Shown one piece after another: positions 22,932-35,142 of a stretch of DNA of 43,092 bases. The position numbers were made by a program, and so were the translations under genes. The notes below the pieces were generated by a model. That model saw only the letters and a list, made by a program, of their open reading frames with translations. It ran no database searches and was not told the origin of the DNA. The DNA comes from Paraglomus brasilianum (Eukaryota), in contig CAJVPI010000200.1 in NCBI GenBank assembly GCA_910592345.1, forward strand, positions 1 through 43,092. The letters run 5' to 3'. Position 1 is the stretch's first letter. Each line of letters opens with the position of its first letter.

Positions 22932-25619
22932 ATGGCGGGTAAGTCAGTTGTTATATAAGTGTGTGTTGTGATATTCCCTTTACTAAGTACAGTACTTGTT
23001 TATTACTTATGTAGATATGTGTGGTTTCTTTGCAGAGAATGTGAACGATCTTAAAAATTGGACCCATAGTAACGTCGTTGAAGCATACGTGAACAAATAT
23101 GGTCCTGATCCAAACATATTTTTTGGTAAGATTTATAGAGATTTACATGCCATCCAAGAAAACGTATTCATAAAGGAATCGGTAAAGCAGAAGGCAGAAG
23201 AATTCCTGACTAATTGGCAGGAAAGTACACAGACATTACTCGTGTTTTTAGGGGTTTGAATAAAGGATAAAGGTGAAACCCACCTGAAAGAGGACATTAG
23301 TTGGTGTGAATAAGTCACATCGCTTGCGAGTGGTGTGGTGATGGGTTGCGACTCGCGTTCTCACCAGCTGTCCTTGGCAACAAGCTACATTGCTTGCGAG
23401 TAGTGTAGTCATGGGTTGCGACTCGCATTGCCCCTTAAACCAAACTGTTGTATCTTTCTTTCTTTGGATCTTCAGATCAATGTGTAATAATAACATTGTT
23501 AATGCATAGGTTTGGACTCAGCATTATAAAAGGCATTATAAGGGTGAGGCCGAAGTTCAGCAGCTCAAAGTCAAGGAGGATATATTCACGCTTCGAGCCA
23601 GCACAGAAGCAGTAAGTATTTGTAAACGAGGCCAACAGACATATAGAGGTGAGAAGCCGGAGATCACGTCTATATAATCTTCTATACATCTTAGACCCTG
23701 ACAAATGCAGAGGGTGCTCTTAAAGCTGGCAAGCTGCTCAAGAACCATATGGAGGCGGCTGTATTAAAAAGCACGCAAACTTTGAAACGGACACACAATG
23801 ATAAGACAGAGAACCCAGACCCTGTAGGGCAAGAAGAAGAGGATGATACAGATGAATTTGACGATAGTGCAAGTGAATTTGACAATAATGCAAGTGAAGT
23901 TGTATCAAACAAACGCGTATGCTATGATCAGTTGGAAAAGTGCGGCAGGAGAAGCAGCAGAAACAATGACGGAGATGCAGAAGAACAAGCGGTAAGATTT
24001 AACTTTATGTATATTTACATTCTCTTCCCTGTATTCTAATGTTCTTGATTATTTGATTATGCTTGACAAGGATGAATCTGCTTTGGATTTGAAATTGTTA
24101 TTGGAAAATTATTCTAAGAAAAAAACGACATCACCATATGAGTAAGTCTTGCTTGCCATGAATCTGTTTTCTAAGGTACTCACTCTTCATTATCTATAGT
24201 CCATCTCATAGCTTTATACTGGATTTGTCGCCACTATCTAAAATCCGAGATAGTATCAGCCGTGAAGAATGGGCTATGCTAGTATCAGATAAACCTCCAA
24301 TAATGCAAAAGTCGTATCACCATGAGATCGAATCTCTTCTTGTTCATTTGTTTGGAAAGTTTGATAAAGGAGTAAGGACATTTGGATTACGAGAAGTGAA
24401 GCTCTGTTTGAGTATGTGTTGGCAACTAAGATTTTCTGCTACTATAGAGACCTGCTAATCTGTTACAAGCTCGCAATTTGTGGTACACTCTACGTAGCCT
24501 GCCTGCTCCCAAATATAGTGACAATTTCTCATATAATAAAGATGAATGGAAGAAGATTCAATGTTGGGTCGAGCAAGCTGTTGGGCACTTGTATGTTACA
24601 TGAGTATCATTTGCATAATTTTTTTCTATGGTGAGAGTTGATGGCTTTTCCATGCTATAGTTTGGATGCCTTTGAATCTTCACGAAACCCACTGCAACAG
24701 GGTGGCTGTCATGAACATGAATGGTTCCATGGCTATGTAATTCCTATCTTTCAAAAGGCCCTGGCCTTAGATAGCACCTGCTATGTGCCATGGTAAGTTG
24801 TCTGTTTTCCTTACACATGTGACATTCAAAGTATTGCCTTGTACTATTTGCACTGATCTGGATGAATAAGAAATTTATGTGCATATCTTTGTCCTCAAGG
24901 GGAGAAGTCTCGGTCTTAGCATCCCAACGTCGTCATAATCACAATAAGGATGTTTGTATAGTAATAGAGAAAGTTGAACGTGTACATATGCTATGTTCGT
25001 ATGAGCAGTATGAGCTTGTCTGTGGACTGTCCTGTGGTGGACCACACTTCCATGATCTTACAAAATTGAGCTCAGATGAGTTCAGTCTTCCACGAATAAT
25101 GAAAGACATGCTTGATGACATACGATTGAAGTTTCATTGTGCTTCCAAGGATGAGTCACGATTGTATGTTCTTGGATTGCAAGTACGTTTATGTATTAAG
25201 GCACTCTTTTGAATTTGGGTGCAGAGATTTAATATCAACATGTTTATGTATTACTAGACTTATATGACAGAAATTCGCATTTACTTAATGGATAGACGTG
25301 AAGTATATCGGCTCCATTTTGTCAAGACTTTTACCCTTCCACTCGCATTTCCTGCTTATCAGAACTTGAGGACTGCACTGAAATGGGCTTGGAATGTTCG
25401 GGTAAATTTATTTCAAATTTATTGCCTAGGTGATTCCATTAAGTATTAATAAATTGGATAACAAATTTCTAGGGAATGGTCAAAGGATTGATCGAAGAAA
25501 TTGAAAAGGATTCTGATGACGACGACGACAGAGTCAAGACACCATTGTATGAACCTTTGATCATGCCAACCCAAAATACACCCAAAAAGGTCCCAAAGAA
25601 AAGGGTGACGAAGAAATGA
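22932..25619 (+). CDS. 11-exon hypothetical protein with a C-terminal Mucoromycota/Crinkler-type REase-fold domain, apparently catalytically degenerate
   Basis: In-phase exons give ...DPSHSFILDL...HEHEWFHGYVIPIF...WGEVSVLASQRR...YELVCGLSCGGP..DLTKLSSDEFSLPRIMKDML...VLGLQ...YLMD...YRL...FTLP, the pattern of this expanded family; ends with basic KKRVTKK. The intron-2 donor is non-canonical. Confidence 0.7.
23317..23430. repeat. two ~44-bp direct repeats (period 70), each with an internal GCGAGT...ACTCGC inverted repeat, in intron 2
   Basis: ACATCGCTTGCGAGTGGTGTGGTGATGGGTTGCGACTCGCGTT versus ACATTGCTTGCGAGTAGTGTAGTCATGGGTTGCGACTCGCATT. Confidence 0.85.
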
Positions 25620-26149
25620 AGAAAAAAGCGCTTTCGTATATCTCTACGATCATACTGATAAATAGACAATACTTAATCAATCGATGCGAAATAATATAGA
25701 CAACTCATATGCACCAAACATCTACATGAACACAATAACAGACGAGCGTCCTTATTATGATAAAGTAACCCCACTCACGAGAAATGGTCGGTTTTAGTTT
25801 GGAATAATTATTTTCGAAGTGGTACCACTGCATAAGACAATGTCGAAAATTGCTATAAGTCTAACCCCTCAGATGAGCGTAGCTAAGCTTAGCAGTTACA
25901 GTCCAGGAAAAAAATAATGGCGGTCAGCAAAATATTTTTACAGTAAATCTTGCAGAGTAAACGGTCGCAAAAATTTGGGTTTAAACTGCTTAAAAGCACA
26001 CGGTTACGTTCTAAAAAAGTTGATGCATAATAATAATAATATTACTGTATTAATTGTTTATGTTTCAATGATGTTTAGAATAAATTTTTAAATTTTAAAA
26101 ATTTAGCAAGTGAACTTGATAAAAAACTGTAGGCCATATGTCAGGCATC

Positions 26150-26572
26150 TTTTTTACTAAGAAAATTAATCTTCCAGAACTATTTACAATAACAAATGCT
26201 CCCTTATTTGCAGTTCCCCTTCAATACAAAATTTAATTGATGTAATGCTAATGTTATCTATGAGACCAGCAGATGTAAAAGGGCTTTGTATCAATTATTA
26301 TAAACCGAATTGCGCAGACTGGTATAATTCTAAATATTCTCGGTACTGTACCGGATATGCTAAAAATAAAAATAATGAACCTCGGCCATTTCTTTCTATG
26401 GAAAAAAAAATCTGGTACGGGCTCGAGAATTACTTATCTGGATCCAAAAGGCTATACCAAAAAGATTTCCATTCACGTTAAAGGGTGAAGATGATAACGT
26501 AAATGTTTATCCTATTAATAACTTCTTAGCACCTTATGGTATTAGCTCATGTCACTTACGGAAAATAGAAGT
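26150..26572 (+). pseudogene. tyrosine recombinase / protelomerase-like fragment, frameshifted and truncated
   Basis: Joined frames read DVMLMLSMRPADVKGL...TGYAKNK...RPFLSMEK(fs)NLVRARELLIWIQKAI...INNFLAPYGISSCHLRKI, giving box-I R, a catalytic-K candidate and an xxLR box. The C-terminal H/Y region is absent. Confidence 0.55.
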
Positions 26573-27877
26573 TCCAGAGTGCAAGGTTCAGTGGCCATGC
26601 ATAAAATAACATTCTTTATCCGTGTAATTGTTATTATCACGTGAAATGAAGTCTTTTTTTGCAGAGAAAAGTATGGTCGGCAGCTGCACAAAAGGTTTGG
26701 GAGTAAAATTTCGGTCGCAAAATATGTTTCTAACTAAAAGGTTCGATATCAAACTTTCGGCCATAAACTATTTGTGTTCACAAGAAAGTATGTGTTAGAA
26801 AAATTTCGTCGCGATTATAATGCAACTAAAAATTAGTGTCTGAGCCACACCCAAAAATTTAGATGCATAGAAATTCTCTAATACTTAATGACTTGCACAA
26901 TCTCTTTTGTAAAACTGCTCTTGAAAGACATTCGGTTGATAATAAATAGACATCCTGTATTAGTATGGGGACCCCTCAATTAACAGCATATCGAGTCATG
27001 CAGGACTCCGTTATCGCCAAAAGTTCGATTATTCGTCTTAACTCTATAGGCACAACGAGCAAGCTTTCATTTGTTTTAACTTTGAGGGAAAATGGTAATG
27101 AAGCTTTATTTGATCAGGAAGAATAAAGGAAGTAAAGCGTAGGTAAAGCGGCAACACATAATTGGTGAGAGCTATCAAAAGCTTGCATTTTTATCTGCGC
27201 AAGTATTCGGTAGATGATACAACTACTGGACTAAGAGCATAATAATAAAGTTGCAAAGGGCAGACCACAAATTAATTATGTCGCCGGAAATACTACCTAA
27301 GCTTGAAAGTTGTAAACAAACCATTCCGCCAAGATATTTCTTATTCAGTTCAGTAGAATGTTCAGAATGTAAAGTACTACTCTATCATATACACAGCTAG
27401 TCCTAACTTCTACGTTGTACACCCTTTATTTGGTTCTGCATAAGGTCATAAGACGTAATACTGTAATATTGTACGAAAGTATCAATTCAACTATTGCCCC
27501 CAGCCTCTTGACTTTTAGGCATGCAACTAATTCCACCGACTTTGCTTATTTTAGCAATCATCATTTTTTCGCGCGTTTGAGCGAGGTCCTGTGGACAACG
27601 ATTTTCGATAAGTTAATGTTTTAGCGTGCGGTCATGGTCAAAGATAATTGACATTTAATTGTCAGAGTTAATAATGGTTTACCCGGTGAGTTAGTAATCG
27701 TAATTCGCAACGACGATCTGTCACACCCTTAGACATCTTTCTGCCGTGTTTACTTAATTTTTCTCGATATACAAAAAGAGTAATACATTACAAGATCTTG
27801 ATCGACTGCGGATTGATCCGGCATTTTTATTTAAATCCTCGCCTTCCCTGCCTTCGAAATTTCTCTTCAAAGCGAAA

Positions 27878-30289
27878 ATGACTTTATTTCTGAGATCCAG
27901 ATTTCCTAATATAATACGTCAAGGCATTGTAAATGGTTCTCTACCGCGGAGGTATGAAGCGACTGCGCACTAATTTAGTAACGGCATACAATTACGAATT
28001 AATCCGATTACTTTTCACTATAAGGTTCTTCTCACATTCGTCGGTGGCCAGAAGTGCAGGTGCTTTTCCCTCGCTGCACAGCCTAAGTGAGGAAGAGCGA
28101 ATGCTTCGTGATTCTGGTAACCCAATCAACATGTTCACGATAGAATGCTTTATTGATGAATTGAAGGATCGGCTAATCTTTAATATCTATATCTATTTAT
28201 AGTCGCCAGTTTCGCCAAGCAAAAGATATTGCCAAAAGTTCAAGAGATGGACGAGAAGGAAAAGCTCGATCCAGAGATTCTTAAAGGACTGTTTGAACAG
28301 GGTGTACGTTCAACTCTTTACGATTGAATTGTATTACGTGCATGATTACTGATCAAAAATTTTATTCTAGATTATGGGAATAGAGACTGAAGTCGAGTAT
28401 GGTGGTGCGGAAAGTTCATTCTTGTCCGCGATCCTGGCAGTTGAAGGTAAGTCATTCACATACTGCATAGTAAAAAGTATTATGTCGTTAAAATGCCAAG
28501 TGATTTTGTAGAATTGGCGAAAGTTGATCCTTCTATAAGTGTTATTTGTGACGTTCAGGTGGGTGCAACAGTGGCCCTTATTGCACTCGAATGCTTATTC
28601 CATTCTAATAAGCTACCGATATTCGTAGAATACACTTGTAAATACTCTCTTTCGCAAATACGGCAGTGAGTTCCTTAAGGAAAAGTATCTGCCACAGCTT
28701 GCTAGTGAGAAGGTACTTATGTAAATGTCTGTTATAGCGAATACCTACAAACTAGAGGCTTACTGTAATTTAATTATTTTATCATAAAGGTTGGTTGCTT
28801 CTGCCTCTCTGAGGCTGGGGCAGGGAGTGATGCCTTTGCACTCATAACCCGTGCAGACAAGAAAGACGGACATTATTTATTGAACGGATCCAAGATGTGG
28901 ATCACTAATTCATTCGAAGCAGAGATTTTCTTGGTATTTGCTAATATAGGTACGACAAATGGCAGGGTCTTGTTGATTGTAAATGGAAAGTTTCGTTATA
29001 TTGAAAATATTTATTTATACGCTGGTATGCATTTCATCTTTTAGACTTGTCAGCAGGTTATAAGGGTATTACTTGTTTTGTCGTCGAGAAAGACTGGGGC
29101 GTGTCTATTGCTAAGAAAGAAACCAAGGTATAGAAGAGTATTTGATATATGCACAGATAGAAATTCTATATGGTATCCTGTACTAATATCATCGATATTT
29201 GGTAGCTTGGAATTCGAGCTTCGTCGACTTGCACGGTAAACTTTGACAACGTCAAGGTAAGCATATCAAGTTTTCTCTTCCCCCCTCCCCCACCCCACTC
29301 TCCACCCTGATTGATTTTCCTGGTGCTTAGGTTCCCGAGGAAAACGTCCTTGGTGTAGTCGGAAAAGGTAAATGAGGTTGGTGATAGGGATAAAGCCTTT
29401 CATAACAACCGAATGGTCTCTAAGGTATCTTTTTTGATCGAAAGGATATAAGTACGCAATAGAAATCTTGAACGAAGGTCGTATTGGAATTGCAGCGCAG
29501 ATGATCGGCTTAGCGCAAGGAGCGCTTGATAATGCTCTGCCCTACACGTATCAAAGGAAAGCTTTCGGACAGCCAATAGCTGAATTTCAGGTGAGCCTTT
29601 TGTAAAATTAATAATAAGGCGCTTGAACGAACGTTTTGATACCTGGCGGATATTAAAAGTTGATGAAAATGTTTATTGATAGGGAATGCAACACCAATTT
29701 GCACAAGGTACTTTATAAGAAATTTCGCTGTTTAATATGATCAACTCGAATTGACTGTACTATATGTTACAAATACATAGTTGCGACTGAGATCGAAGCC
29801 GCGAGACTTTTAACGTACAACGCAGCCAGGTTAAAAGAGGAAGGCAAGAGTTTTGTCAAAGAAGCTGCTATGGCAAAATTGTTTTCTTCTCAGGTTGCTG
29901 AAAAGGTAAGAATATTATCAGAGTTGGAGGACTATGTTGTTGATTTCATACGATTCAATTGCTCAACGTGTGTTGTCTGTCAGGCTGCATCCAAAGCCGT
30001 TGAGTGGATGGGAGGAGTTGGATTTACGAGAGAATTTCCAGGTAATTGACAATGTATTGATAATGGAAATGTCTTGGACTACTGATTAACGAAATTTTGT
30101 TCTCAATTTAGTTGAGAAGTACTATCGAGATGCTAAGATTGGTGAGTATAGGCTTCTACCGACAAGTACGTCTCTTATCATTATTATATTAACTCCACGA
30201 TCGAACTTTTCACAGGCGCCATCTACGAAGGAACAAGTAACATCCAGCTATCAACGATAGCTAAAATCATGTCTGTGGACTATAAATAA
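27878..30289 (+). CDS. mitochondrial short/branched-chain acyl-CoA dehydrogenase (ACADSB-like), 16 exons
   Basis: Presequence, then [20 protein letters not shown]...[16 protein letters not shown]...[11 protein letters not shown]...[10 protein letters not shown]...[18 protein letters not shown]...QRKAFGQ...EWMGGVGF...[18 protein letters not shown]. Confidence 0.95.
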
Positions 30290-32821
30290 AGTATGACGTG
30301 TTTACTAATGTGTGACTTATCCCGGCTGCTTTCACTTCCTTGTCACTTACTTATTAGAAAGAGATAAACCACCCTTTTTTGAAACATATATCTGGTTTCC
30401 TCCAATGATACTTTTGTTGTTCCCTTAATTATAATATTAAACTACTAGACTCACCATTAATCAGTCTAGAAATTTAGTAAAAAAAGTATTATATGATACA
30501 AAAGAACTATTGATAGTTGTGCTACAACGGTTAGAGTGATGAATGAGCTTTATACTTATTTAATAGCTTATTGCCATAAATTTAATAGAGTTCATTTCCA
30601 GTCTTATAGTCTGATGAAGGCAGATATTGTTAATGTAAACACATGAAAATAATTTAATTCTTTGGAGTTAACACCTACAAATTTCTAGCCACTAGTCAAA
30701 ATGCACCTTTCTTCCTTTGTCATCGATGAATCCCACTTTGATGCCATTTTATATCAAACGCCTCCTTATCAGGCAAAAGCCAAATAACAGATGGGAATAA
30801 TTATTGACTATTCATTATAACGTTTTGGGGGGGTTATTACACGGCTTATGGTGCTTAGCCTTAACAAAGAAAGAGACTGCTAAATTTATTTGACTTTTTT
30901 CTTGATTATTTATTATATTTTCGTTATCAGATATTACTATTACTATTAAGATTAAATAAAACTAATATTATATGAATACATACAGTATATTATATGGTTA
31001 ATGATCACACATCAATATAATACAGGGTGGATAAATAATCGAATGACTATCTAACCGGCTTCAGGGATAGATTCTTCACAAGTAGCCAAGTACCTAATTA
31101 CCGAATCAGTCCCTTAAACCCGTCCACCTCCCCAGTCAATTCAGTTTCTGGTGTAAAGATGAACGATATTTTGACATGAAGGGAAAATTATTTGTATTGT
31201 AAACCTGTTCAATTTACGTTATTTGTTTGATTATATTATTCGCGAGCTTTTTTAAAAGTTTGCCACTTTTTCGTTAAATTGGAATGCGTTAGACATGGTA
31301 CGCTGATTATTGTCGTTTACTGCATTAGGAGGGTAAAATAGTTAACATGGCGATTTTCATTACTGAAATATACAAAGTATTTATATTTTAAAATGTACCG
31401 CATGGCAAGGATATTTACGTGGTATCTTACGGATGTCATAAAACGTAATATTGGTAAAATTCTATTACTGTTGTAATAAGATCGCGAATATTAAAGACGC
31501 GTCGAAATTTATCGCTTTTTTATAATAATACAATCTACGACTAAGGATTATACCTTGACAAGAAGATATACCTGCAAGAAAAATACCGGTAATGGTCCAG
31601 AGTTATTAGGTATGCTAATTAAGAATTAATTAGCTAAAGCGAGTGAAACTTTCGATAGTAATAGAGTTAATTCCTTGTGTTTTATGGGCAATTAGGGCAA
31701 AAAAGTCTAAAAAAAATTGCGTTGTAAGCTCTTTGTCCCATTAATATAGAAATACAAATTTTAATTTGATTAAAGAATTATAATCTTGCTTTTTGTTGCA
31801 ATCCGATAGATGTTGATACTCGAATTTTGTTCATAAAGTCTATCGTTTTTCATATATTGTTATACAAGTGTGGAGGATCCCAATGTTGAAAATTTGACAG
31901 AACGGCATTTAATATCGTTGGTGCGAGCAGATGTCCAAAGTTCCACTTAAAGAGTTAATGTTGACTATGTTTAAAGGTTAAGAATAATTAATTTGGATTA
32001 CCTTAAACGACTGACTACATTATGGCGCGTTGGTGAATTATCAACATGACAATCGTGACGTTACTGCTGATAAATTTTGATTATTTAGTTAATCCCCGTT
32101 TCAATATATTATTTTATCCCATGAAAAAGTGGGTTTCTCAGCGCTCAATGCATTACAACAAAAAGAGTTGTTATATGATTTTAGATTTTTGTTGCCCATG
32201 ATAGAACATAATGCTAAAGTTCTGACAATACCAGACGTCATATAAACTATAATAGAATCACGCTACTGTGATTACCCAACGCAATAATAACCCTATATCA
32301 TCTTTAGATAAAAAGATGCTTATTTTCAGAACTGTACATACAATATTTTCTCTTTCTCTACAGGGATCGCACTTTAAAAAAGGAATCCTTGAGGGATAAC
32401 TTGTCATATACAATCACAATACGTGGTTTTTTGGTATAAAAATGGTCTGGGATTATACTGTTTAATTTTAATGGAAGACTGGCGATTCTCAAACTATAGT
32501 AATATATTTGTCTTTAACGTAATTCATGATCGAATTTCACGGCTCTTAGAAATTGTTATAAAATTTGGCTGCAATTTAAACAAGTTCGAACAAGCTTCAA
32601 AAAAGGAAAAGCTCTCGAGTTCGAACGCGAAAGAAATACAATTCAACTATAGTTTTGTACAAGTTACTATTACCTTTCTTACGGGTATCCGCAACTTTTT
32701 ATTGGCCCGATCAAAATCAATATCACGTGCGGAGAGCATAGATTGTCGATCAGTAATCACGAGATTTTGTTTTTTGATTTTCCTTTTTTTTTCTTCTTCT
32801 TAATCTTCTTTCCTCGTTCAG

Positions 32822-33916
32822 ATGTTCTCCAGACGTCTTTTACGGAACACAAGCTTTTTCACACACACAATTCGCCAAATACACACCCCACATCCTCTAG
32901 CGTTTGAACCTCAAAAAGGATTAGGACAATTATTTAAGCCCGAGTCACTGACAAATTTCTATGAACATCACAATCGATTAATAGAAAAATTGAATGCGCT
33001 CGTTGCTGGTACGTATAGTATCGAAGAGTAGCTTGACGAAAAATTTTCAAGACACTGATGACAGTTCAAATCCAGATACGGAGTATGAGGATGATTCGTT
33101 ACGCGTGTTAATCCAAAAGACAGCACAACTTCCTGAGAAGGCTCAGCTATTCAATTACGCATCACAAATATGGAATAATGATTTTTTCCTCCAATCTCTG
33201 GTAATGATCACTTGGTTTTCGTGATGATTTGTATATCTCTTAAAAGATGTCTATTCACAGTTTCTTTCTACAGTCCGACGACTCAGAGTCGCAAAGAGAT
33301 GCAGTACTTACCGATCGGCTCAAGAAGGAATTTGGATCGCAAGAGAATTTTGACACTCAAGTAAGAAGCAGGGGTTTTATTACCCTTCTTAGAACCGCGT
33401 GACAAGGATATCTAACAAGTGATTTAGTTCATTAATAGTGCGTTGGCAATATTTGGATCTGGATGGACCTGGTGAGAAACGAAAAGCATACAACGATCTG
33501 TTGTCGGAACGGATCACATAGAACGGGACTCTTACCGGCTTTATAATTTTCTTTTTTAAAAAAAAGGTTGGCTGAGACGGAATACCAAGTGCTACGAGTA
33601 ATCAATTCTTATAACGCAGGTAAGACAACGTTGCTTTTCGTTTCATCCATATGTAACCTTTCATTTGACTTGATCATTTCCTTTAGGCACGGTCCTTGAT
33701 ACAACGCGAACTCAAGAGAACGATCTAAACACCAGCATTCCCAACCCTTCCGCAGGAGCGCAGCTCCAACCGACTAAGCTGAACCCATTATTATCCGTGT
33801 GTGTATGGGAACACGCGTACTTACGTGACCACGGAATAGATGGGAGAGAACGTTACTTAAAGGCATTCTTACAACATGTAAACTGGGGGGTCGTTGGAAA
33901 GAGGATGGGGTTATAA
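32822..33916 (+). CDS. RSM26: Fe/Mn-SOD-fold mitochondrial small-subunit ribosomal protein (mS42/mS43, Rsm26/Mrp1-like), 6 exons
   Basis: Mitochondrial presequence; SOD fold motifs LFNYASQIWNNDFF, FGSGWTWL, SYNAGT and LSVCVWEHAYLRDHG, but the metal ligands are substituted (WNH to WNN, DxWEH to CVWEH). Confidence 0.8.
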
Positions 33917-35142
33917 CACCACTATAGAACTAAGAAATCCATTTATCTCATGAACTATAATAATACTTAAATAATTCTCACTTTTTGCATATGTCACAAA
34001 GAACGTATTTAGAGTCGTCTAATTTTTATTACGTAACGCAATGATTGTCATGTTGTAGCTAAGTATACATTTTGGACAAGATTAGAAGATTGGTTTTACT
34101 AGTAAATTTTGCTCTGTTTAGGCTTATTGTATTAAGCCTCGCAATCGAAAATAGAACGAGACATAAAAGTTGGCAAATTAAATTCAAAATAAAAGCAGTT
34201 TCAATTTACAAAGTGCCATTGTTTGTGTTTAATAAGAACGCGTTCGCATGTTAGCATTTGGTCAAGTTTTAGAAGACAATTAAATTCTTGTGTTTATTGG
34301 TAAATTTGCTCTGCGAAGTAATGGCGGGGTCATTTTTATTGTAATGACGTAATAATGTAACTTCAGCATTTATGATACAGGCTTGAACGCGATTTTGCAT
34401 ACTAGTAATACTGTTAAGACTATATTCTCGGGATTTTTTCCCCATTCCTCTTTTACTAATGCAATTGTGCCGGAAATCTCAAGTCTTCCGTATTAGTATC
34501 ACATGCTGAGTCATTCTTGTTAAGGATATTTCTTCTTGCATTAAATATGCTGGAAGTCGCGTTTTGCGAAATAAATACATCATTGGGCATAGTATCATAT
34601 TCAGGAACAATTTGTTATGAATCTTCCAGTGCATGTATTATTTATCACTAGCAAAGTCGACAGATACAATAACGCAGATGAAAATATTTCGCGCTCAACA
34701 TTATACAGGATAACAAATGAACGAACGATGCGCTTGTAAGCAGATAGCTTATACTAAATATATTATACTTAAATATTGACCAATCCAATCTAAACGTTTG
34801 ATGTCCGCTCCGACATATTCACTTCAACATGTAACGTGGATCGATCCGTCCAAATTCACATGACTGGGTAAACTTTCTTCACTCCTTCCGGAATTATTAG
34901 ATGCATTGCTTATTACCTTTCTAACAGTTGCCGGGCACGCGCTGTGTTCTTCTAAAGTGTTACCAAGAATATTGGGACCGTCTCTTAATGTGATGTGACA
35001 ATATTCGAGCTTGGATTTTTGGAAGACAAACAGCGCGCGTATTTGCAGGCTATGATTAAATATATTCCTCGATATCGTCTTAGTGTAAATAAGCATGGCA
35101 CAAGCAAAAATACGATCCATTTCCGAATATCATCTTTTTTAT

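Noticed and set aside
30540..31160. Possible LINE or other transposon remnants (also 26880-27350 and 9050-9290)
   Set aside because: Too degraded to assign from motifs alone.
34801..34998. Possible selenoprotein (ATG...ACA TGA CTG, intron, downstream hairpin as SECIS)
   Set aside because: The peptide resembles no selenoprotein family and the hairpin lacks a convincing AUGA/GA quartet.
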